DNA of 64,000 nt from assembly GCF_006345805.1 (NCBI RefSeq), contig NC_043014.1, positions 54,684,001 through 54,748,000 of the forward strand, in the 5' to 3' direction. Below, piece by piece: positions 13,741 through 25,493 of the stretch (position 1 is the first letter of the stretch; each line of letters starts with the position of its first letter). The notes beneath the pieces were generated by a model, which saw only the letters and a list, made by a program, of their open reading frames with translations, ran no database searches and was not told the DNA's origin. Source of the stretch: Octopus sinensis (taxonomy: Eukaryota). The position numbers and the translations under genes are program-made.

Positions 13741-14749
13741 GGTGGTAGTGGTGATAATGATGATAGAGCAGGCTGAGAATTTCCAGAGAGAGCAGTATAT
13801 CATCATCATCTTCCTCCTCCTCCTCCTCATCATCATCATCATCATCACCATCATCATCATCACCATTATCATCATCATCATCATTGTCATCGTCATCATC
13901 GTCATTGTCGTTGTCGTCGTCATCATCATCATCATCGTTATCCTCCTCCTCTTCTTCTTCCTCCTCCCCCTCCTCCTCATCATTATCAGCATCATTATCA
14001 TAATAATCATCATCATCATCATTGTTTAGCATGTTTCCCATGTTGGCACAGGTTGGATGGGTCAGCATCAAGTGGCCATCCAGAAGACCGCACCCATCCC
14101 TTGCTGTCTTTCTCTCGCTTGGCTTCTGCACCTGGATGCCCTTCCTGGTGCCAACCGCTTTACAGAGTGGCACTGAGGGATTCTTACGTGTCACCTGCTG
14201 TTGTGAGTTAACCGGATGATTTGCAAGACAAAACCCTCTCAAGTGAGGGAAAGAGCAGTTTTGAGGGACAGAAAAATGGAGTTTTGCGTTATAAGGGAAA
14301 CATGGCTACCTCAGGTGAGGAAAGGGGGCAGAGAGGGAGCAGTGAGAGAGCGAGGAGAGAGAGAGAGAGAGAAAAGCGATGATGGTGTGATGGGGATCAA
14401 TAAGTATTTGGACTGTTGCCATAGTAATGAAGCTAAAGCATGCAGAGTAAAAATGTCAAAGTAACAGGAAGACCTCAGTGTGGTTTGAACTCAGAATGTA
14501 AAGAGCCACAATCAATATCACAAGGCATCTTGTCTGGTGCTCTACCAGTTCTGCCAATTCACCAACTTTTTAATAATAATGGTTTCAAATTTTGGTACAA
14601 GGCTAGCTACTTTAAGAAGAAGGGGACAGTCAGTTACATTGACCCCAATACTTGGTCTGGTACTTTATTTTATCGGTCCCAAAAAGGCAAAACTGATCCC
14701 AGAAGGGATTTGAATTCAGAATGCAAAGAACTGGAAGAAATGCTGTCAA

Positions 14750-14829
14750 ACCCCTAATGGTTCTGCCCCCTAATTGTTCAGCCCCCTAATGGTTCAGCCC
14801 CCTAATGGTTCTGCCCCCTAATGGTTCTG
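14750..14829 (+). repeat. 16-bp minisatellite, 5 units
   Basis: Unit CCCCCTAATGGTTC(T/A)G, embedded in the head of a minus-strand SINE B-like copy. Confidence 0.9.
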
Positions 14830-15432
14830 CCAGTTCACCGCCTTCCTATTATCTTTGATTGTAGCCTTATTGCCATCCCTAAAAAGACAGGATGATCATG
14901 GCTGGAATGGTTTTGATCAGAGGTGCTGCTTGATCAGGGTTGACCAGGTGCTAAACAATACCAACAACAGTAACAAGTTACCAGAATCTCTTGGTGAGTC
15001 ACTTTTGGTATGAACTAAACTGGAAGACTCGTTGCAGCTTTCATCTTTAATGTTGTCCACAAGTTTAACTTTGAAGAGAATCTATTGATTTCCGAACTGA
15101 ATGGTTGCAAAAGAAACAGTTATGAGGTCGTTAAGAGAGACACAGTAACCAGTTGAATGGTTTAAAGAATTATAGCAATTATGAGTAATGTTCTTGTGAT
15201 AGGATAAATGGAAAGGTTACTTAGAACACCAGACTTTTTACCAATTTTGACATTTCACTGTCCTTCGTTGGTTTTGTAATAAACAGTTGAATACCCAAAG
15301 ACATCTGACAGACAAATGAATACCCTCCATCAGTCACTACATCTGGAACATCTTGCTTCTCTGGCCATGAAAATTTCAGTAAATTACGAGTTTTAAATCT
15401 CACAACGTGAGATATTCATCAACAGTAATTTG

Positions 15433-15803
15433 TAGTAGAGATTGTTTGCCAACATAACATGGCAGTCCTGGTTTAGGATGAATGTTGCTGTAATTTAGCC
15501 CCAGGAGACATCGTCTCCAGCTAGCTATACGACATGATCTGTGTCCTTATATTTTCAAACAAGGGAATCTAGCACCCCCACTCAGCTCAAAACAATATCT
15601 GTGTATCGCAAAATAATCCAGAAATCGCAATACACAGATATTGTTTTGAGCTGAGTGGGGGTGCTAGATTCCCTTGTTCGAAAATATAAGGACACAGATT
15701 GTGTTGTATAGCCGGCTGGAGACAATGTCTCCAGGGGCTAAATTACAGCAACATTCGTCCTAAACCAGGACTGCCATGTTATGTTGGCAAACAATCTTTA
15801 GTA
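15433..15803. mobile_element. Foldback/MITE-like element: ~175-bp inverted arms with a 16-nt spacer
   Basis: 15433-15609 is the reverse complement of 15626-15803 at ~94% identity. Spacer AAATAATCCAGAAATC. Confidence 0.9.
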
Positions 15804-15925
15804 TAAAATTTCAGTGTCTGGTAGTTGACTTGATAGAAGACCACAAAAAAAAAACCCTGTCTTTCCATCAACAAGGCTGACCATCTTTTTGAATTCAATA
15901 TCTCTTGCAGCCATGGCTCTGCTAA

Positions 15926-16319
15926 TCTATATATATAAAACTGTAGTTGTGTGAGTGTCTGTCCCCTTCGATTTAGATTCCTAACTACTCCCACATTTTG
16001 CGGTGCAGTTTAACCAAAACCGTGTATCTTATAGTCGTGATTCATATCGAGCCCTTCTGGGTATTAGCGCACGTCTACGATGAGTCTACGATTTTAAAAA
16101 TAATTTACCATCATTTTTTTCCATTTTCATGCATATTTTTTTAAAGGGAAGTAACTCTCTAAAAATGTCTACGATGAGTCAACGATTTAAAAAAAAATTT
16201 ACCATCATATTTTTTCCATTTTTAATGCATTTTTTTGCTATTTTTTGGCTATAACTCTCTAAAAATGCTGTATAGTTATTTCCCTTACAAACCCGAGCAA
16301 CGCCGGGCGATACTGCTAG
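15926..16319 (+). mobile_element. Non-autonomous Helitron, copy 1
   Basis: 5' TC after A(15925), subterminal hairpin CCCGAGCAACGCCGGG (16292-16307), 3' CTAG followed by T(16320), no TSD. Confidence 0.9.
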
Positions 16320-16869
16320 TAGAATACTAAAAAACAAAACCGTGTGGTACCAATGACTTTTGGAAATGTTCAGAACTGTTTAATCATTGACTAAACTACT
16401 CCCATCAGTTGTTCGCTGTCAAAACACTGGACCCTTCAAAATATTCCCTACTTCCTGAAATTCCCCAACTCTTGATGTCCCTATGAACCCTTTCCTTTTT
16501 ACAACTATTTTACTGCTCCCTTTTTTTCTATATTTGTCTTATCCTGTAAATTGTAGGTTTCATTGCTCCCTTTCTTGACCCTTATGTCATCTCTCCCTCT
16601 CTTCACTCTCACCCGATTCAGTCGCAAGGCATCTGAGGGCTGCACATACAGGATCAGCTCAATGTTATTAACACTGGCCTGGGGGTTAGGGTGCTGCACT
16701 CATGCTTATTGTGATTGTGGTTTCAATTCCTAGAGCGGGTGGTGTGTTATGTTTCTGAATAAAACACTTCATCTCATGCTGGTCTGCCGATTTTTATATT
16801 TATTATTTGTTTATTCTATTAATTTCTTCTTCTTCTTCTTCTTCTTCTTCTTCTTCTTCTCCTCCTCCT

Positions 16870-17370
16870 CCTCCATATCTAAGGAGTGAAACCACCCAGG
16901 TGTTGATAGCTTCGATCTTATTCCATCCATTTAATTTCGACTTAAGGATCAGTCTCAGTGGACGCAATTACTCCACCTTAAATTTTTCTGTCATTTCTTT
17001 CTCCATCAATTTATCCATTTCCAAAATCTCCAAGTACTTATAGCCCGTCTCTTCTATCTGCTTCATAACCTCCCCCGACGGTATCGTTAGCCCGTCCATA
17101 CATTTGATTTTGCCTCTCTTCAGGACTAACACATCACACTTTCTCAGTCCGAACTCCATTCTGATATCAGCACTAAAGGTATGCACCGTATCAACGAGGG
17201 AACTGACTTGGACTTCATCTTTACCATAAAGTTTGAGGTCATCCATGAATAACAAATGGTTGACTTTTTGCTGGCGGCTTTTGAATACAAAACCATCTTT
17301 TGCTTTAATTCAGAAACAGTGTTAGTGGTATCAAGCACAGTTCAAAGATCAGTGGGGACAGGCAGTCCCC
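16870..17370 (-). pseudogene. Reverse transcriptase fragment of an R4/Dong-type (RLE-encoding) non-LTR retrotransposon
   Basis: GDCLSPLIF, a frameshift, then KVNHLLFMDDLKLYGK (FMDD at 17249-17238), FGLRKC, GYKYLEILE and AINTWVVSLLRY. Confidence 0.85.
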
Positions 17371-17776
17371 TTATCATCATCATCATCATCATTAACTATC
17401 TGCATCAGAGACATCAGAGCTACGAATGTTTCCAGCTTTCAGAAGAGTTCAATCTGTTCTGTTGTTGTTATCCAACTTGGTGTTATTGTTGTTGTGGTTG
17501 TTGTTATTTTTCTCCTTGTGGAAATATTCTTTTTTTATGTTACATTACATAATTTCTTTTATTTTTATTTTTATTTTTTTTCGTTTCACATTATCTCCAA
17601 CTAATGGAACTAACTCGTTAAAGTACCCAACAACCTCCTCCTTTATTGCCAACGTTGTACGCAGTTCCTCGACAACTGATTCAGCCATATTTCTGCATTC
17701 CTTGATAATAACCGATTCTCTGACAGGAAAAACCAATTCTATGGCAAGAGAGACATTAAATGATAATAATAATAAC

Positions 17777-17820
<44 letters not shown>

Positions 17821-17838
17821 TGATAATAATAATAATAA

Positions 17839-17917
<79 letters not shown>

Positions 17918-18265
17918 TAATAATAACAATAATAATAATAATAATAATATAATAATAATAACAACAATGATGATGATGAAGATGATGATGATAAATAGCA
18001 TCAAAGGCAGTGAAATATGTTGATAGTTTATTGATAAAGGATAAAGGATAAAACTTCAAGTGTGAAATGTATACACACACACACATACATGGACACACAC
18101 AGACACACACACAAACACACACATATATACATGGACACACGCGCAAAAAATTGGCTGGTACTTTCTTTCATGAACCTTGGAAACAAAGTTTACATTGGCT
18201 GGAGTCACACAAATAGCTGCAGCAGACATTGCTAAGTGTTTTGTTCTTAGGATTCTGTGCTGCCC

Positions 18266-18308
<43 letters not shown>

Positions 18309-18328
18309 TAATTGTAACTGTAACTGTA

Positions 18329-18748
18329 TGGTCTATTACCAGCCAATGTGCACCAGTAGCCCAGGAGGAATATAATAGACGCCACAACAATATAGCGAGT
18401 CTTGTCCATTGGACACTTTGCAATAAGTATGGATTTGACAGAGAAAAATAACTGGTAAACTGGTATGACCATAAACCTGAAGGCATCATCAAAAATGATA
18501 ATGCAAAGATCCTGTGGGATTTTATGATTCAGTGTGACCATGAGATAGAGAATAGGAAGCCAGACATGGTGTTAATTGAGAAAGAAAACAAATGATGCTG
18601 GATCATAGATGTAGCATGCCCAGCTGACAACAAGGTATGCGATAAGGAAGAAAGAAAAGTCGACAGATATGACAGGTTAGCTTGGGAAGTTAAGCAGTTG
18701 TGGTCGATGAAAAAGGTGGTAGTAGTACCAATAATTGTCGGAGCCTTG
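18329..18748 (+). pseudogene. Restriction-like endonuclease region of an R4/Dong-type element
   Basis: ITSQC...EYNRRHNNIASLVHW, ILWDF, RKPD (18554-18565), IIDVACP...K and VPIIVGAL. Two in-frame stops. Confidence 0.85.
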
Positions 18749-19997
18749 TAGAAACCTTGTCAGATCAGATTGGAGCCTGGTGTGGCCTCGTGGCTTGCCA
18801 GTCCTCAGTCAAACCGGCCAACCCATGCCAGCATGAAAAACAGACGTTAAACGATGATGACGATTATGTATACCTAATTTTGCACCACCCTCTCTCTCTA
18901 TATATATATATATGTGTGTGTGTGTACAAACACATACAAATATATGTATGTATACATACATATATATGAATGTTTCAATATATGCATTTATATATAAGAA
19001 CACACGCACACACACACATATATACATACGCTTACAGAGGGGGAGAGGGGGAGAGAGAGAGGAAGGGAGGGAGAGAGAGAGGAAGGGAGGGGGAGAGGGG
19101 GTAGGGAGAGAGAGATCTGTAGAAGCCGTTTGAAAGGTGGTATGGTGCGTCAATCAAGTTTGTGACAGTAGTGTGTGTGCGTGTGTACGTATGTATGAGT
19201 GTGTATGTGTTATGGCTGGCTGGAAGGAGGAGAAGGAGGTGGTGGTGGAGAAGTAGTAAGAGTAGTAAAAGTGTAAGACAGTGGTGAACGGGTGGGGGTG
19301 GAGGTGGGGAGAGGAGATGTGACAAATGTTGAAGAGACATCTTCGTATAAGATTGTGTCTGGCTGTTGTTAAGTGGGGGTGGGCGAGGAGGGACAGACTG
19401 GTGCGTGTCCGTGTGTGTGTTGCGTGTGTGTGTGTATGTACTTGTTGCATATGTGAATACTTGTGTGTGTGTGTGCGTGCATGTGTGTACGTAAGTGGTG
19501 TGTGCGTCTGTGTGTGAGAGTAGTTATGTACAGGAGTATGTATGTATCCGTTGGATATGTGTGTGTGTGTGTGTGTGTGTGTGTTCATGCGCATTTGTGT
19601 GTGTGTGCGCGCGCATTTGTGTGTGTGTGTGCGCGCGCATTTGTGTGTGTGTGCGTGCGCCTGTGTGTGTGATAGTGTTGAGTAAAAAAAAAAGGGTACC
19701 GGCAAAAACTAGACAGAGTTAGAATCAAGAAATATTGGCGCTGACACACAGACAGACAAATGGATATTATTTATTCACTCTGACCAACTGAAATTCAGAG
19801 TTCGGAGGAAAGGTCAATAAGTTCAATTGCCATTGAACCCATTAAGGTAATTAGACTTAACGAACTTGACTTCAAACTCGCCCAACTGGACTAATTGTTA
19901 CTCAGGGCTGGCCATCACTCGGTTTCTCGATTTCCAGATTTTCTTCCGAGTTTCCAATCGCTGTCCATGGACGGCAGATTTCATTACATCATCATTA

Positions 19998-20423
19998 CAG
20001 GAGGTGGCTGTGTGGTAAGTAGCTTGCTTGCCAACCACATGGTTCCGGGTTCATTCTCACTGTGTGGCATCTTGGGCAAGTAGTGTCTTTCTTCTACTAT
20101 ATAGCCTTGGGCCAACCAATGCCTTGTGAGTGGATTTGGTAGACGGAAACTGAAAGAAGCCCGTCGTATATATGTATACATATATATGTTTGTGTGTGTG
20201 TGTATGTTTGTGTGTCTGTGTTTGTCCTCCCAACATCGCTTGACAACCGATGCTGGTGTGTTTACGTCCCCGTAACTTAACTGTTCGGCAAAAGAGACCG
20301 ATAGAATAAGTACTGGGCTTACAAAGAATAAGTCCTGGGATCGATTTGCTCGATCAACTAAAGGCGGTGCTCCAACATGGTCGCAGTCAAAATGACTGAA
20401 ACAAGTAAAAGAGTAAAAGAGTA
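19998..20423 (+). mobile_element. tRNA-derived SINE family A. Other + copies: ~22505-22875, 26984-27290, 43111-43522, 44554-44947, 51441-51822, 57250-57690.
   Basis: Head GGAGTGGCTGTGTGGTAAG, B-box GGTTCAGTCC, CORE-like CTTGGGCAAGTGTCTT, an internal (TA)/(TG) tract and an AAGTAAAAGAG tail. Confidence 0.85.
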
Positions 20424-20958
20424 TTATCCTCATCAACGTTTTAGATCTGATTGTTAGATGCTTGCAGGGGTCAGATACGGATGGACTGGGGACAGGTTTT
20501 CTCTGGCCAAATGCCCTTCCTGCTTCCACGTTGGATAACAATCTCTCATTTGCTTGAACTGCAAACAGCCTGGACAGGTTTTCCACGGGGGACTGTGAGC
20601 TTCCTCGTGTTTACTCTCGCTACATTTCTACAGTAGATATATCGGTTAATGTTCTTGGCTTGCTTTTGTTCTTGTTACCGACAGCAGAACGGTGGTGTGT
20701 GTGTTGTGTGTGTTGGCCTCGGTTGTCTTTGGACATATTCCATCCGCATTCTTCTTCTATTATTGTGGTAACGGATTGTGATTAGGGCGTACATTCCAAC
20801 CACGCTCATTTTTCATATCAAAATATGTCTGTCGGGGTCTGCTTCTTGCATTTGTAAATCTTTTGCTATTTGTTGTAAGATCTGATCTTTTGCATATCTG
20901 GAAAGAATTCTTACTGCAACATTTTGTTTTCCCTCCAGCCATTGTGTTCCTGGACAGC

Positions 20959-21356
20959 TTACTCTTTTACTTGTTTCAGTCATTTGACTGCGGCCATGCT
21001 GGAGCACCGCCTTTAGCCGAGCAGATCGACCCCGGGACTTATTCTTTGTAAGCCCAGTACTTATTCTATCGGTCTCTCTTTTGCCGAACCGCTAAGTGAC
21101 GGGGACGTAAACACACCAGCATCGGTTGTCAAGCAATGCTAGGGGGACAAACACAAACACACACATACATAAATATATATACATATGTATATACACGACG
21201 GGCTTCTTTCAGTTTCCGTCTATCAAATCCACTCACAAGGCATTGGTCGGCCCGAGGCTATAGTAGAAGACACTTGCCCAAGGTGCCTCGCAGTGGGACT
21301 GAACCCGGAACCATGTGGTTGGTAAACAAGCTACTTACCACACAGCCACTCCTGCC
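20959..21356 (-). mobile_element. SINE family A. Other minus copies: ~8255-8640, 9150-9640, 44118-44523, 52070-52420.
   Basis: Reverse complement of the family A copies above. Confidence 0.85.
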
Positions 21357-22106
21357 AATTTTTTTTTCATTCTTAATATCAAAACAAACACAAGTATAAT
21401 ACTATTTTTTGGTGGTGGTGGTAGCAGTAGAATAGGACGACAATGGTGATGATGGATCTCTTGTGTTGCTCTGAGAAAAATTTGAGTGGCCTGACTGTGG
21501 AGAAGAGCCCTCGGGACTGAGGTGTTTAATGGGTCGTCAATTGTTTTAGTATTGAAGAGAGATTTCTAATGCTGATCTTGTTGTTGTTGCTATTGTTTAG
21601 CTGTGGTAAGAGTAGGAACAGTAGAACATGACGACAATGATGATGATGATGGGTCACTTGTGGATAGCTGAACTGTGAAGGGTTCTTGATTGTGGAGTTT
21701 AATATCTCATCAATTGCACTTGTATTGAGTGGTGGCCGTGTTTGTTGTTGTTAATGTGTGACTGGTTGAGAAAACCCATCAAGCCAAGGGAGGACATAGT
21801 TGTGGCCGATGCTGGTGTCACGTAACTGGCACGTCAAAAAGCACCTTTCGAGCATTGGGCCTCATGGAGGCAAAGCGGCCGATGCTGGTGGCACGTGAAA
21901 AGCTCCTTTTGAGTGCTGGGCCTCATGGAGACAATGATGAATGACCGAGAACCTTGGTGTTATGTTGTGCTTGAGAAGGAGACCCATCAAGCCAAGTAAA
22001 ATTGCAGTCGTAGAGGACATTGGTGTCATGCAAATGGCACCTGTGCCGATGCCTTTTACACTCTGAGAGTGGTTGGCATTAGGAAAGGCATCCAGCTGTA
22101 GAAACC

Positions 22107-22307
22107 TATTTCTTTATTACCCACAAGGGGCTAAACACAGAGGGGACAAACAAAGACAGACATAGGTATTAAGTCGATTACATCGACCCCAGTGCGTAAC
22201 TGGTACTTAATTTATCGGCCTCGATAGGATGAAAGGCAAAGTCGACCTCGGCGGAATTTGAACTCACAACGTAACGGCAGACGAAATACCACTAAGCATC
22301 TCGCCCG
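22107..22307 (-). mobile_element. 5'-truncated SINE B inserted into an RTE tail (host ~21770-22390)
   Basis: 12-bp target-site duplication GCTGTAGAAACC at 22095-22106 and 22308-22319. Confidence 0.9.
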
Positions 22308-22614
22308 GCTGTAGAAACCATGCCAAATCAGACTGGAGTCTGGTGCAGCCTTCCAGCGTGCCAGTCCTGGTCAAACTGCCCATCTCATGCTACAAAAGAC
22401 GAAGACAGGTGGTGTACAAAACAAACAGATGTATTAGTATAACGCTCAGGAATTGAAAAAGCCTTTCGCTACATGAAAGCACCATTATTATCATTATTGT
22501 ATATATCACATGGTTCTGGGTTCAGTCCCACTGCATGGCATCTTGGGCAAGTGTCTTCTGCTATAGCCCCACTGCTATAGTGGATTTGGTAGACGGAAAC
22601 TGAAAGAAGCCTGT

Positions 22615-22663
<49 letters not shown>

Positions 22664-23151
22664 TTGTGTTGTGTGTCTGTGTTTGTCCCCCTAGCATTGC
22701 TTGACAACCGATGCTGGTGTGTTTACGTCCCTGTACCTCAGCGGTTCGGCAAAAGAGACCGATAAATTAAGTACTAGGTTTACAAAGAATAAGTCCTGCA
22801 GTCGATTTGTTCGACTAAAGGCGGTGCTCCAGCATGATCAGAGTCAAATGACTGGAACAAATAAAAGAATAAAAGAACTTTGAGAAGAGCTTCTCGTGTT
22901 TGAGACAAAGTCCTTCTTTGAGAAAAATGGTGAAGTTTTTCTTTGTTTTTAATCCATGCGAGAAATATTTTGCTTGAAATATCAGAAACTTTTCTTTGAC
23001 TCCCATACATTGTCATGCCCATTCTGAATGATGATTATATTGCGGACACACGTGTTTTAGGAATACTCAGTCACTCAGACACTAAACTAATGAGTTCAGT
23101 TGAACGACCAACTGGAATATTCATCGTCGAAACTGACAGAGATCCATACTA

Positions 23152-23365
23152 CAGGTTGCGGCAAAAAAACCTCCCATATTTCACACAGCTAATAGCATAA
23201 TGTGAGGAAAGTTAGACTGATAATAATGGTGCTTTCATGTAGCGAATGGCTTACAGTTTATTCCTCAGCTATCATTATTGTTTATCTTGGTGTATATTGT
23301 GTGTGTTTGTGGTTGAAGCATTTGTTGACCTGTAAAATATTGGAGGTTTTTTTTGCCGCACCCTG
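23152..23365. mobile_element. Tc1/mariner-type MITE, 214 bp
   Basis: TIRs CAGG(T/G)TGCGGCAAAAAAACCTCC..ATATTT with TA at both ends (23150-51 and 23366-67). Confidence 0.9.
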
Positions 23366-24484
23366 TATTTCAAGTGCATGTCAGTGTGGGAGGAAGGGGG
23401 TTGTGTCTAGATAAGCGTTAGACTGATGCGCCTGTGGCATGTGTGTGTGTGCGTGTGTGTGTCTGTGTGTGTGAGAGTGTGTGAGTGTGTGTGCGTGTGT
23501 GTGTGTGTGTGTGCGCCTACTGTATGTATGTGTTTGTGTAGCTGTCTTCCTTTATTCTCCCTTCACCTTCCTTCAACTCTCCTGCTCCTCCCCCTCTCTC
23601 TGACTCTCTCCCTCCCTCTCTCTCTCTTTCATATAGTTCCTCTCCCTCTCTGTCCCTTACACTAATCTTCCCCTTCCCTCTCCTACTCTGCTTCTCTTTC
23701 CTTTTCTCTATCATTTATTCTCCTTTTCTGTTTCTGCTTTTTTTACATTGTTTCTTCCTTGTTTTTTCTTTTCATCTTCTTTTCCTCCTCTTTATCTCTG
23801 TATCTCTCTTTCTCTCTCTCTCTCCCTTTATTTCTCCTTTCTGTCTTTCAACATTGTTTTCTCTCTCCTCCCACCCCTCTCTGCCTCTCTTTCATACATT
23901 CCTCACCACCGCCACCACCACCACCACCACTGCCGCCGCCGCCACCAACACCACCACTACCACCGCCACCACCACCACCGCCGCCACCAACACCACCGCC
24001 TCCGCCGCCGCCGCCGCCGCCATTACTGATTCTGTTCTCTTTTCATTTCCTCTTTTGTTCTTCAAAATCCCTTTCCTCGTTTCACTTCCTCAAATCTCTT
24101 CTCATTTTATTGTTTTTAAGGGAATGACACACAAAGTAAATGCCGTCCAGTTCATAGCCTGTTGTTGTTGTCGTTGTTAAACCCTAGGTCAACCTTGACT
24201 GAGCCGATCTATGGATCAAAGGTATTCCACCTGTGGTAATCCACACATTTTCTTTTTTATTTATCCTCTTAGATTTCATTAATATGAAGTTTCGTGGTTG
24301 AGAGGGAAAGACAATGTCTTCATGACTGCAAGCTTATATAGTCTTGATTCCTGCACCAGGCGGCCGGTTGAGTTCATTTCACATTGCCCCAGGCCACTCA
24401 GCTGCAATGGGTTCCAACGATGGCTGCTAAGTCGTCCCCGTGACAGACCGGAATCCCATTCACCAGGGACTGTCACAATTCCAG

Positions 24485-24720
24485 TTACATATCTGTTTCT
24501 TTACTACCCACAAGGGGCTAAACACAGAGGGGACAAACAAGGACAGACAAACGGACTAAGTCAATTATATCGACCCCAGTGCATAACTGGTACTTAATTT
24601 ATCGACCCCGAAAGGATGAAAGGCAAAGTCGACCTCGGTGGAATTTGAACTCAGAACGTAACGGCAGATGAAATACGGCTACGCTGTTCGCCTGGCATGC
24701 AAACGGTTCTGCCAGCTCAA
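24485..24720 (-). mobile_element. SINE family B
   Basis: Reverse complement of the family B body and head. Confidence 0.8.
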
Positions 24721-25455
24721 CATTCATGGTATGACCTTTAGCTGTTGTTACACATCGCTGGTCACAATGCATTTGACATAATTTTTGTAGCTTTCAAAAG
24801 GTGCCACTCCTCCAGCTAGTCAGGCAGGCCAACATTCTCCCTGATCAGAGGGCTAGTATGTTCACGGAGTGTCACCTATTTACAGCTGAGTGGAGTGAGC
24901 AACATGAAATAAAATAATTTGCTCAAGAGCGCATGCTGTGCCCGGTCCAAGAATTGAACCCATCATCTGGTAATCATGAATGCCACCCTGTCACCGCTAG
25001 GCCACACACCTTCACCAGTCACTTATAATGCTATGTAAACTGCATCAAGCTCTGGCCTTGTTAGTCTTTGAACTCCTGGGCCAACAGACCTTCGTGTTTT
25101 TGCTTTATGCTTTAAAAAAAGGCACAGTGTAATTTGAGGCAATTTAGATGCTATTTCTAGCAGGTCAATGACAGTATGAGGTAAGGGTAGGAGACTTTGT
25201 TGCATAAGGGTGAATTGCAAGTATTATGAATTTGTGGGCCATTATCTATTGTATGTATGTACGTATGTGTGTGCATATGTATTTATGTATACAAGTATGT
25301 GCACATATATATGTGTATGTGCTTTTATGTATGCATATATGTATGTATCTATATATATTTATGTGTGTATGTTTTTGAGAGAATAACAGAAGACAGTACT
25401 GATGATATTTCAAATATTCAATTCCTACGGCTGTTTCTGTAATTCTTACGTAACA

Positions 25456-25493
<38 letters not shown>

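Noticed and set aside
13484-14242. Poly-D/E/H/M/I ORFs up to 214 aa (also at 17426-18146, 23748-24180, 40104-40825, 48681-49060, 55254-55857)
   Set aside because: These are trinucleotide repeat tracts (CAT, AAT, CAC) open in several frames and on both strands.
19037-19310. G-rich tracts with G-quadruplex potential (also C-rich 12075-12172)
   Set aside because: They are part of degenerate GA/GGT simple repeats that are common here, with nothing indicating function.
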